Shown: piece after piece, positions 42,801-50,977 of the stretch
Numbering within the stretch: the first letter of the stretch is position 1
Layout: the number at the start of each line of letters is the position of its first letter
IMG/VR virus record: IMGVR_UViG_3300025816_000009
Location: 1-64,000 of that record
Length of the DNA: 64,000 bases
From: a virus
Direction: 5' to 3' (one strand)
Notes under the pieces: model-generated
Seen by the model: only the letters and a program-made list of their open reading frames with translations
Databases searched by the model: none
Told to the model about the DNA's origin: nothing
Position numbers and translations under genes: made by a program

Positions 42801-45800
42801 CTGAAAGCGAACACAAAGGCTCGTTCTCTAATTCTATTATTCAGCAACACCCCTGCTTCCGGTGGAAAACTTGTAGCAGGCCGAGCCAAGTTTGACATCA
42901 CGACAGAGAAAGTCGGAACACAAACTGTCTCTGTTGAAAATTGGACTTTCGACGATACATGGTGGAATGGTTCACAGATTGCTTGGTGGTATCAAGAGTC
43001 GGGTCAGAGAGCGATACCGATTACATACGGTTCGTACCCCGAAGCAAGATGTAGTCATGCCGTTCTTCCAAGAGCGCTTCCGCATCTAATGTCTGATGGA
43101 ACTCACACCGGCGGTTATCCACAGTCGATGCCGATTGATAGAGTCATGAGTTCACCTGCCGGAAATAATGGAACAACTCGTTCGACGCTTGATACTTGGG
43201 CTACTGCAAGACGAAACTTCCTACTTCTTACTCGATACATCCCGACAACAATTGGATTTTCAGATTTCGGAATTGGAATGAATCCACATCAAGAAGTTGG
43301 GTGGGCCGGTTGGTCAATGCCGACTGCCCTATTCGACCCAATAGACTACGGTAATGGAACAGACTTCTTCCAAGAAACTAACATATTGATTTCACTTTGG
43401 GAAAATTATTTTCCGAATAATAATCAAAACGCTAGTGCGGCTAGAAGTTATATCGGACCGAGAGGTGGTTTCTCTCACTTCGGTCCTTTGCATTATGGAA
43501 CTTCGGGATTCAATCACCCATACGAAACTGACATAATTTGGACTCAAGTTCACGGCGGAGTTGGGTATGACCTTCCTCTTCATCTTCTGATTCCGCCGGC
43601 AGTTCATGTTCGAGCAAGAAGTGGTGGAAATGGTTCACTCGATTTGGAACTTGAATTGCCGTTTCACAGGACAGATACAATCGAACTTGACGGGGCTATT
43701 GGGTTCAATAGTGGGTTCGACAAAGGCCCCGAAAACTTGCCGGGTGGCTCAAGGCCGACTCTTGGAAATTATTCATTATCGACGAATCTTTGGAATCGCA
43801 AAACTTTGAACTCGGGCGGTGCGAAGATGGGTGGTTATGATTCCTCATATCAAAGAGTACACGGACCAATAATCGAAGGTACGGGATTGACTGCTTTTTG
43901 GGGCGACCATCCAACAGATAGATTCCATGCTTCGGCTATGCCGATAATGCCACCTAACACATACAGTCATAAAGAAGTCGAGACAAATATGTACCCACCA
44001 ATCATGCTTGCTAGAAGTTCTGAATACAATAGGTTAGACCAATTGGCAGTCAGTGAACAACTGCAATCATCAACCGAAGTTCATCTAAGTCAGACAACAA
44101 GACCATTTTGGGATTCCGGTTCTATGGTATCTGCTAGAGGTGTCGGTTCGATGAATGATAAAAAATTGAATCGAGCGAGATTCCTTTCAGAGATAGCAGG
44201 CAAGAAAGTTTACACATCTCCCGAAGCGTGTGTTGATTTCACATTTACAGGAACGAACAGTCCGGATGCCGGATTAGGAAAAGGTCAGAGAATACTAAGA
44301 ACACCCGAAGGAACTCTTCACCAATTCTTAATCGAAAGAAGTGGGCAGGCATCAAGTTCGAATATGCCGATGTGGACTCACTACAAACAACCGACAGGAC
44401 AGGATTTATTTTGGAATAGCAAGGCTCTGAAAACAGACGGTTCAAATTACGATGGTAAAGATGAATGCGGACCTTTGTTAGAAACTCTGACAGGAAGTTC
44501 AGACAAGGGTCGAGTATTGGGTGCGGCATACGCAAGCGATTCAGCCGGTACAATCCACGCTGTCATCGAGTACACCGCTTTGAAGTCCGATTCCACATCA
44601 ACTCTCGAAAGGGCGCACAGGCTTTACTATACATACGCCAAGCGCACATTGAAATCCAACTCTCCAACTCCTGTTTATGATTGGGATTGGTCAATTCACA
44701 CGCCTCAATTGATTAACGCCGGAACTCTTACAGGAACGGATGGAGAGAAGGCCGGTTCACCAAATGACCTAAGACAACCGTCGTTAGTTTGCGACGCATC
44801 AGACCGCCTGCATTTGGCCTTTACACAGGTAGTCAAATCAACCAATGGTGGGTCAAGAAATTATTCAGCGATATGGCTAATGAACAAGTTGGCTACAGAA
44901 GATGAGTTCCCTGCGTTCGTAGGTAATGGGAATCATCCGGAGACAACGGATTCCCGTATTCAATTGGTATCTCCGATAATGACATCAGCCGAAGAATCAA
45001 ACGCGGCAACAAATAATCCGGCGACTCTGAATCAAAAAGTAATTTATTGCGATATGCCGAAAATATGTTTGCGAGGTGATGGTGTTCCTGTTGTGTTTTA
45101 TCGAGGCGACCCAACAGCGAACTACACAACTGCCGCTAGAAGGTTCACGGCTATTTACGTCAATAGGGGAGCGGAAGGAACATCCTCGGACTCCATGGGA
45201 AGAATCAAGTTTGACACGAGTCAAGCAGTTTCGAACTTGGGTTATGTTTTGTCGGGAGATGTTAATTCGACGCCTGCTACAGATGTGATTTATTATGATG
45301 CAATTATTGATGAGAAAGACAGAGCATACACGACCGGCATTTGGGGGAATGATTCGACTTATCATAGAGCAACCCAAGTAAACACATTCAATACAAGACA
45401 AGATTTCCTTGAACAATATACAACGGCGAAAGGTTTGGGAACGACTAGAACTTTGTACGCAACGACAGTAGCCTCGAATACTTTGTCATATCTTAGCGAC
45501 ATTACAATGACTTCAAACGGAGACGGACAGATACACATGATATTCGGTTTCTCTTTACAAGGAGCAACCCCGAAAGGAAAAACAACCCGAACAACTAACA
45601 CAACTCAAAGTATAATCTCACCACTACAAGTTCCGGCAACGCCTGTTAGTCCAATGGACGCAACACAGCCCGGAGACGGAACAATCTATGATGGCGGATA
45701 TACTGATTCAATGGCACATCAAAACTTTTCAACGGGTGGAAGTTATCCATCAAGTTTGAAAGATTGGGAAGGACAGAATAAACATTTCTTGGAAGTTTGG

Positions 45801-46178
45801 ATGCCTTCTTTCGAATGGTCGCAAGCCGGCTCGGATGACCATTGGGTGATTCGCTCGGTGAACATGAGATGGTTGTCCGTTCCCGGTCTAGGATTCGACT
45901 CAACTAATGGTTGGTTTCCGACAGGAGCGGCGAGCGGAATTGCGGGAACTGAAACATTCCCTCATCAAGCGCCTCAATTGCGCTATCAGAGATACAATGG
46001 ATTCAATGCTTCCGCTCTTGATTTAGCGTGGCTGACAAATGAAATGTCATGGAACAAAACCCCTCTTCCTCAATCCTCTCTTTACCTTCCGGGTGGCGGA
46101 ACTCAATATGTCAATCCGGCGGATGAAACTAATGCAGGCGGAACTACTGCTGATGAAATCCCGGGCTATCCAATATGA
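39873..46178 (+). CDS. Giant (2101 aa) putative virion/tail protein
   Basis: Gly/Thr/Ser/Asn-rich with propeller-like repeats (DxxGxxHxxF); late-type motif 28 nt upstream of the GTG start. Confidence 0.65.
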   Translation: MPKVPTTKVSLIPPLGAGLGLPFTVMYADEKIDPSSTTAGRFNRDSDLLADSYPRTGQLATQPMPNAPKIQTRQQSSGGITPTSGNTFNLKPVYESAYFNMGAPSLNYGMGQLEFCQLMQHSSRSMWDATKIRSEFIVPRRTYSTAGRYTSHPRRKFASARQGNFSLMEVMSAPDVNALHTPCDQLIGTVGGLDGVGACSNANFNGGMRVAALTHFAKSDLPSNGFGLTYGDAHNTIFATSLHSHPIKDGQTTANAGIASNGGGTSDWSGQNFYETWDVMWTLNQHTIPQTLTAGTTLSAPDACMTADATNNTDDDHYFKMNTIQSVAVRDIPTYGGTEKTSPIGAAQYGNHVVADSCGLVGFEGTISVSGFFSVSAGKLGGNSFSEDLWNTEGVGYGGLNIQVHSGLTHRRNRLYSQRTNNAAKEYDTIFRYGSDGTAVQPMTDAMKTRAKRFAGSTIDANSSSFYATRTLYDNKGSFGGGGNQDLVGDIPTTNAPGILGDTADMNATSVSNTYSSAFLKNRIPTKVKIVPQIVGYENITVAPGSSKTTQHSGASNIVFRKPIVDYHVLVSVIKPTTNVAKSAAASPNNGHEDVGTPTSRNNPAPRWPTIDANYDGESCNIFHAVFRINPENLEQVYINTSQGAAHDLNMNEKICAHSVMPRHNYGTNALAGKTSQGWGLHQMTPFRPISNHAWAKIPRLSGTIEPGGFYQRGGISHLWDADGYGGELFVSADMTHASDFNSQVWGNGQMWPDGDNNAGNPPGSELMIFKYSSRGDPFYTKGATTMADNPLRAAMVAKTNTDYITGFYAASMDGGFTITDTATKTWKGWSIHDWVFPQKELMRYLGREDKGLLSNHPSLHCSSLSIQEDGRMLMAAIQRDVIVSADEYPYEDVGFPLNPSISATECPSGFYYDAASKTCKSIMNPTYDSSGSVWPGTGDEIAGLEAPRPVIAADGTKSTNTPPGNNFSRWPTWTTLKANTKARSLILLFSNTPASGGKLVAGRAKFDITTEKVGTQTVSVENWTFDDTWWNGSQIAWWYQESGQRAIPITYGSYPEARCSHAVLPRALPHLMSDGTHTGGYPQSMPIDRVMSSPAGNNGTTRSTLDTWATARRNFLLLTRYIPTTIGFSDFGIGMNPHQEVGWAGWSMPTALFDPIDYGNGTDFFQETNILISLWENYFPNNNQNASAARSYIGPRGGFSHFGPLHYGTSGFNHPYETDIIWTQVHGGVGYDLPLHLLIPPAVHVRARSGGNGSLDLELELPFHRTDTIELDGAIGFNSGFDKGPENLPGGSRPTLGNYSLSTNLWNRKTLNSGGAKMGGYDSSYQRVHGPIIEGTGLTAFWGDHPTDRFHASAMPIMPPNTYSHKEVETNMYPPIMLARSSEYNRLDQLAVSEQLQSSTEVHLSQTTRPFWDSGSMVSARGVGSMNDKKLNRARFLSEIAGKKVYTSPEACVDFTFTGTNSPDAGLGKGQRILRTPEGTLHQFLIERSGQASSSNMPMWTHYKQPTGQDLFWNSKALKTDGSNYDGKDECGPLLETLTGSSDKGRVLGAAYASDSAGTIHAVIEYTALKSDSTSTLERAHRLYYTYAKRTLKSNSPTPVYDWDWSIHTPQLINAGTLTGTDGEKAGSPNDLRQPSLVCDASDRLHLAFTQVVKSTNGGSRNYSAIWLMNKLATEDEFPAFVGNGNHPETTDSRIQLVSPIMTSAEESNAATNNPATLNQKVIYCDMPKICLRGDGVPVVFYRGDPTANYTTAARRFTAIYVNRGAEGTSSDSMGRIKFDTSQAVSNLGYVLSGDVNSTPATDVIYYDAIIDEKDRAYTTGIWGNDSTYHRATQVNTFNTRQDFLEQYTTAKGLGTTRTLYATTVASNTLSYLSDITMTSNGDGQIHMIFGFSLQGATPKGKTTRTTNTTQSIISPLQVPATPVSPMDATQPGDGTIYDGGYTDSMAHQNFSTGGSYPSSLKDWEGQNKHFLEVWMPSFEWSQAGSDDHWVIRSVNMRWLSVPGLGFDSTNGWFPTGAASGIAGTETFPHQAPQLRYQRYNGFNASALDLAWLTNEMSWNKTPLPQSSLYLPGGGTQYVNPADETNAGGTTADEIPGYPI

Positions 46179-46239
46179 TTAACACTGATGATTATCCCAA
46201 GTGGGCGATTTGGTTAATGAAAAAGATTGGAATCATTAT

Positions 46240-46575
46240 TCAGTAAGTGTCTCTAGTCCATTCCATTCCACTTTGGAAGATAACTCTTAATGTTCCATAA
46301 CGACCTTCTGCTCTAAATCTTGTCATGAACATATCGAATGCAACAGTCTGCATTTGCCTAGATGTTGTTTGGTCTAACAAATCAGAAGGTTGAGGACCTG
46401 CTCTGAATCCACCAACAAGCGAAAGGTATTGTCCTTGAAGGTCAAGAGATACCCCTTGTTCAGTCGTTGCGACCCATTCTTCGTCAGCCATTCCATCTCT
46501 TACAAGTGCGGATAAGTATGCCTGCGCTTCTGCGGTTGTTGCTCTGTATTGCGGTTGTCCGTAATCTCTGCTCAT
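46240..46575 (-). CDS. Hypothetical protein (cassette-driven)
   Basis: Leaderless ATG 29 nt after the cassette TATA. Confidence 0.6.
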   Translation of the reverse strand: MSRDYGQPQYRATTAEAQAYLSALVRDGMADEEWVATTEQGVSLDLQGQYLSLVGGFRAGPQPSDLLDQTTSRQMQTVAFDMFMTRFRAEGRYGTLRVIFQSGMEWTRDTY

Positions 46576-46598
46576 ATACTGTCGTGTACTGCTTTGCC

Positions 46599-46642
46599 TA
46601 TAAAGGTTTCGTTCTATCAATGTTAACACATATCAATGAAAA
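46599..46642 (-). promoter_or_regulatory. ATTGA-repeat promoter cassette (inverted)
   Basis: tataaaggtttcgttctatcaatgttaacacatatcaatgaaaa. Confidence 0.7.
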
Positions 46643-46657
46643 GATTAGAATAATTTT

Positions 46658-46913
46658 GTAAGGGCAACAGTATGCCTCTGTTCAGATTCGCCGGTTTGGC
46701 GGCCGCATATTCCACACAATCCCGGTAAGGATTTCGTTCCCAACCACGAGAACTCAAATGTTTTATAGATAGGCTACTGACCACCATTCTCTCACGTTAG
46801 TTCATTTTATAATCAAGTCTAACACCAAGCAATTCCTTTCGGACCTCTTAGAGTGCGTTCCCCCTATCCTGTTGCCCGGGCGTCAAAGCGCCCAAGAGAA
46901 GCCACCTTCCCTC
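46658..46913 (-). ncRNA. Putative structured ncRNA G
   Basis: G at TATA+30; GGGCG-CUUUGA-CGCCC hairpin; perfect 9-bp long-range GGGCAACAG/CUGUUGCCC; UCC-GAAA-GGA. Confidence 0.6.
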
Positions 46914-46937
46914 AAACCTAACGAACAGCCTTTGGCT

Positions 46938-46990
46938 TATAAAGGTTTCGTTTTATCAATGTTAATAGTTATCAATAGAAAGATTTATTA
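46938..46990. promoter_or_regulatory. Bidirectional ATTGA-repeat promoter cassette (inverted)
   Basis: tataaaggtttcgttttatcaatgttaatagttatcaatagaaagatttatta. Confidence 0.75.
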
Positions 46991-47013
46991 ATGGAATGTC
47001 CTAGGACAGTACA

Positions 47014-47235
47014 GAGTGAACGGCGCTTATCCGAGCAAAGTTCGCAAACCCGGTGGCTACGACCGATTCGAACTTGATTCGTCTTAGCCTAGGAAGTTGG
47101 GGGATATGAGAGAACATATTCTCCGTTAGAAGATTGACTGTATTGCTTGGAAGCAGAACACTTTGGGGCGAACTTGGTCTGTTCTATCTTCTATCATATA
47201 GGAGCAGGGATGCTTCTAAGCCACCGGGAAATCGC
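47014..47235 (+). ncRNA. Putative structured ncRNA H
   Basis: G at TATA+30; perfect 10-bp CCCGGUGGCU/AGCCACCGGG; nested UAGAAGAU/AUCUUCUA and AGAACA/UGUUCU. Confidence 0.6.
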
Positions 47236-47284
47236 ATAATTCAAAAACCAATCAATTCATAAAGGTGCGGCAAGGGTCAAGAAC

Positions 47285-48028
47285 ATGGATAAAATCCGCA
47301 TCGACACTAAGAAGTACGATTCTCATCTATCTCAAAAGTGGACTGACGAGAATGCGGCAGGCAACGAGTTCCTTTGGAATGCAAGAATTGAGATACTTTC
47401 GAAGAAGGATTCCAACGCATTTTGGAAAGGCGAAGGATGGCGAACTGCACCACGTCGGCCGAGGAACATAGCACTTCCCTATCAGTGGTTATTTACACAA
47501 TCAGACAAATTAGATTTCCCGGGGCGCTTGAAGCCTGTTCCGGGAACGTGCAAAACGACGCTTGAAGTTCTTGATTACGGATGTGGTCGCGGCCAAGATG
47601 CTATGAGATTCGGTTTCAAGAAATACGACCCGAATTGGTTTCCGGACTCTCCATGGGACCCGGTGAGAATAGAGGGGAAATATGATTTCATTTTCTGCAT
47701 CTATGTTCTCGACGTTATATTAACATCGGAAAAAAGACATGAGGTTGTAAATGATATTCGGCGCTTGTTGAAACCGGGTGGACAGGCTTACATCATTAAC
47801 AGATGTGATGATTATGCAAGCATGAAAGATGGAAAAGTGGTAAGGAAAACCGTTGATTCATCTTGGGAACTTGCTAGAGTCGAACCTGCTCGTGAATATG
47901 GTTGCGCCGAGATTTACAGAAACTTCTTTTTCCAAGTTTGGGTTTGCGACGATAAAGGTCCTTGTGTTCCGGAAAACACAGTGGAATTGAAGACTTCATG
48001 GACGGGCTTGGTATCGGAAGAGGAATAA
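47285..48028 (+). CDS. Class I SAM-dependent methyltransferase
   Basis: VLDYGCGRG, YDPNW, YDFIFCIYVLDVI, LLKPGG. Confidence 0.85.
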   Translation: MDKIRIDTKKYDSHLSQKWTDENAAGNEFLWNARIEILSKKDSNAFWKGEGWRTAPRRPRNIALPYQWLFTQSDKLDFPGRLKPVPGTCKTTLEVLDYGCGRGQDAMRFGFKKYDPNWFPDSPWDPVRIEGKYDFIFCIYVLDVILTSEKRHEVVNDIRRLLKPGGQAYIINRCDDYASMKDGKVVRKTVDSSWELARVEPAREYGCAEIYRNFFFQVWVCDDKGPCVPENTVELKTSWTGLVSEEE

Positions 48029-48051
48029 GCCCCGGCGAAGTCTGAAAGGCC

Positions 48052-49845
48052 GTGGATAGGAAGTTAGAGCGCTATCATCGGATAGTCCGTGAGTCTCCAA
48101 AAGAAACAATTGACCCACCTGCCGGCTTGTCAGAAGCAATAGAACAAATGTCGAAAGACAAGAGAAGGCCACGAACTGCGATAGCAAGATGGGTCAGCAA
48201 ACAGTGGGCGGAATTGCATTACGAAAGAATACAAGGTCAACCCTTGCCCGAGGCTTCTGCGGCTATTGGGATGGTTCAGAAGGAAACAATCGAGAGGCCA
48301 ACTCACTTCCCAACTCATTTCGGACTTGGGTTAGTCCCGTCAACATTATCAATTGGCGGTTGGCGACAGGATAAGACATACACTTCATGTTATACATCTT
48401 TGAGCGTTCCTAGGCCATTCGACCCGACACTCCATGGAACTATCGCCGGAACTGTTGGGTTCAGTTATATGGGCTACCAAGGAAATCCCGACCCGGCTCA
48501 ATATGACATAACCACTAGAAGAGGCGGTGGTCCTCGTGGTGGTTTCAGTTGGACGACAGGACCAACAGAAGGAAATTATCCTACTAGCGTTCTTCCTCAA
48601 CCGACTTTCAATCTCGGCGTATTGGGATTCAGTAATGGCGGATGGAATCCCGAAGGTCTTCAATGGACGAATAGACCCAAGCAAGTTCGACTTCAAGGTC
48701 TTAGAAATAATTCGGTTCATCGTGTGATGTTCGCCCGTTCTCGAAAAGTAATGTTCAGAAACTTGTACGGTCCAATATCAGAAGACGAAGCGACACCAAA
48801 AGCGCCGAATGTTTTGATTAACGGAACAAAGCCAATTTCCGGAATCAAAAACTTGCGAATAAAACGCCGATATAATGCACCTGCCGAGGCGACTATTGAC
48901 CTCAATAGTGTGGCGGGAAGACGGTCCGGTATTGTGAAACTTGGCGACACGGTGCAAGTTTTTGCATCTCCCCGGGAGTGGGATAATCCACCACTAATTT
49001 TTACAGGATTCGTTTCAGACATTGAAGAAGATTCTACCACGGTTTCAATAATCTGCCTAGATGCTCTAGGGTATTTGACGAAAGAAGTTCTTTTGACTAA
49101 TCCAACATACCAAGAAACCGACGCGGGTGTGGTTTGTAGAGATATTATCGCAGGTTCTTCATACGGTCCGCCGCTAGGAAAAATCTCAACACAAACCCGA
49201 GTTATACTTCCCTCAAGTTTGGATTTGTCTAAGAAAAGTCGTCTCGATGCAATCCAAACAATACTCGATATTGTCAACAACACACCCAACCAAGTCATAC
49301 TTCAAGCAGAGGTTAACGGGTACATTAATCTTGTGAGATTGAGGGAAGTTGATGATACAAGTTTGAAACCTTACATCGCCGGGAGACTGCCAAAAACTTC
49401 TGTCCCACAGGATTTGTACCCGACTCAAATAACTAGAGATGAGGGAGATTTAGACTTCGTAAATAAAGTGTCAATCACAAACTCTGAAATCGGTTTGATA
49501 GCAACCGAACCTACAACACCTGTTCAAAATCCTGTTCATATTATTGTCGAAGAAACTGCGGCGACTGACGTTCCGACAGCCAAGTTCTTTGCTCAACAAA
49601 TATTGAATCAACAAGGTCGAGCAGGTTCTCGTTGGAATGTTCAAGCGCTACCGGAGAGGTTTGATATTATGCCGGGTCAAGTAGTTGACTTCGCTTCCAC
49701 TGATGGCGGTCTAGCAGGCAGGCAAAGAGTATTCGATGTATCAATAAAATACAGCCCGAGCGACGTATCAATGACGATGACTGTTGGTCGTCAAGCCCCC
49801 GATTTGGTTGCCATGTTGAGATATGCAACAGGCGTTTCGCAATAA
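48052..49845 (+). CDS. Baseplate hub/tail tip-like protein
   Basis: C-terminal half has VKLGDTVQV, IFTGFV, ICLDALGYL, IMPGQVV, typical of gp27/gpD-like hubs. Confidence 0.6.
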   Translation: MDRKLERYHRIVRESPKETIDPPAGLSEAIEQMSKDKRRPRTAIARWVSKQWAELHYERIQGQPLPEASAAIGMVQKETIERPTHFPTHFGLGLVPSTLSIGGWRQDKTYTSCYTSLSVPRPFDPTLHGTIAGTVGFSYMGYQGNPDPAQYDITTRRGGGPRGGFSWTTGPTEGNYPTSVLPQPTFNLGVLGFSNGGWNPEGLQWTNRPKQVRLQGLRNNSVHRVMFARSRKVMFRNLYGPISEDEATPKAPNVLINGTKPISGIKNLRIKRRYNAPAEATIDLNSVAGRRSGIVKLGDTVQVFASPREWDNPPLIFTGFVSDIEEDSTTVSIICLDALGYLTKEVLLTNPTYQETDAGVVCRDIIAGSSYGPPLGKISTQTRVILPSSLDLSKKSRLDAIQTILDIVNNTPNQVILQAEVNGYINLVRLREVDDTSLKPYIAGRLPKTSVPQDLYPTQITRDEGDLDFVNKVSITNSEIGLIATEPTTPVQNPVHIIVEETAATDVPTAKFFAQQILNQQGRAGSRWNVQALPERFDIMPGQVVDFASTDGGLAGRQRVFDVSIKYSPSDVSMTMTVGRQAPDLVAMLRYATGVSQ

Positions 49846-49867
49846 TCGGAGTTTTTATCCCCATCAT

Positions 49868-49896
49868 TAGATTCCCCCCCTTTAGGGGGGAATCTA
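49868..49896. terminator. Perfect 12-bp hairpin after late tail gene
   Basis: tagattcccccc-cttta-ggggggaatcta. Confidence 0.4.
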
Positions 49897-50137
49897 GTCT
49901 AAAGAATCGAACTGACTAACCCCCTAAGAGACACATAGTATAGTTGAACTGTATATACATCAGAGTATGAGTATGTTCGTTTAATTAATTAAGGTGGGAT
50001 TAGCAGGGAATGATATGGGCGCGGACACTCTTTTCCTTGAAAGCCCTGTTGTTGGGGCGTCGCGCCCATGGGGTTTTGTGTTATTTCTCCCCATTAATAT
50101 GCGCCCCGATGATAGGCAACAAGCGACGGTGAAATGA

Positions 50138-50347
50138 ATGGACTTTTTAGAATTAGAAACTACGACAGGATTAACGATGATTCGAATTGATGACATTTCA
50201 GCAATCACACACATGGAATATTGTTGGGAGATTCATCTTCAATCGGGAACTATATTCAGAACAAACGACGAGAACAATCGTCTCCGTGAATGGATGCACC
50301 GAAGTCAAGGCGGAACAATGTCTTACAACGGCATTCCGAAGAAATGA
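50138..50347 (+). CDS. Small hypothetical protein
   Basis: 69-aa ORF with GGTGA RBS-like sequence upstream. Confidence 0.55.
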   Translation: MDFLELETTTGLTMIRIDDISAITHMEYCWEIHLQSGTIFRTNDENNRLREWMHRSQGGTMSYNGIPKK

Positions 50348-50353
50348 GGAATC

Positions 50354-50475
50354 TGCGGTCAAGAGCCAACACCCGCCCCCCGTCGGGGGTGGAGCAAGCC
50401 AACTCTGATTTACGGGTTTACCCTACAGGTGGAAGGCCGGCCGGTGAAGTCGCCTATTCCGGCTGACTCTATCGC
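50354..50475 (-). ncRNA. Putative structured ncRNA I
   Basis: G at TATA+29; GCG..GAGUCAGC / GUUGGCUC..CGC closing stem; GGG-UAAA-CCC and CCCCC-GAC-GGGGG hairpins. Confidence 0.55.
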
Positions 50476-50498
50476 ATTTGACCCTGTAGCCGTTTAGT

Positions 50499-50533
50499 TA
50501 TAAACCTTTTCATTGATAACTCAAGACATTGAT
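50499..50533 (-). promoter_or_regulatory. ATTGA-repeat promoter cassette (leftward arm)
   Basis: tataaaccttttcattgataactcaagacattgat. Confidence 0.7.
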
Positions 50534-50616
50534 GAGGCGGGGGAGCAACCCCCCATTTAGAATCAAGCCCGCAACCATGCGTGGGAATCGAACCTCTCGT
50601 AGCCCTCTTCTTCCTC
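50534..50616 (-). ncRNA. Putative structured ncRNA J (tRNA-sized, T-loop motif)
   Basis: G at TATA+30; GAGG/CCUC ends; GG-UUCGAUU-CC T-loop; CGCA-UGGU-UGCG; 3' G/C hairpin. Confidence 0.5.
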
Positions 50617-50640
50617 AATCTAAGCGAACAGCCTTTGAGT

Positions 50641-50692
50641 TATAAATCTTTTTATTGATAACTCAAGACATTGATAGAACAAAACCTTTATA
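50641..50692. promoter_or_regulatory. Bidirectional ATTGA-repeat promoter cassette
   Basis: tataaatctttttattgataactcaagacattgatagaacaaaacctttata. Confidence 0.75.
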
Positions 50693-50715
50693 TGCTGGAA
50701 GCCGTAGGACAGAAC

Positions 50716-50952
50716 ATGAGCGGCGAGACGACATTCACAACAGGCGAGACATACAGAGCAACATCAGTTTGCGATTCAAACTGTCATTGGTACTTTACAG
50801 TAGAGCGCCGAACAAACGCATCAGTATGGGTTTCAGAGCGTGGAGAAGAAGCAGTTCGCCGAGCAGTAAGAAATTACAATGGCGAAGAGTATTTCATGCC
50901 TTTCGGAACTTACTCAATGGCCGCTCATTGTTCAGCGGGCAACGTCGCTTAA
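50716..50952 (+). CDS. Small hypothetical protein (cassette-driven)
   Basis: Leaderless ATG after ggacagaac; YRATSVCDSNCHWYFTVERRT. Confidence 0.6.
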   Translation: MSGETTFTTGETYRATSVCDSNCHWYFTVERRTNASVWVSERGEEAVRRAVRNYNGEEYFMPFGTYSMAAHCSAGNVA

Positions 50953-50977
50953 TAACGTGGGAATCACCCCTCGTTCT

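Noticed and set aside
50534-50616. tRNA gene
   Set aside because: It has only a T-loop; there is no cloverleaf, acceptor stem or anticodon arm. I found no canonical tRNA in the window.
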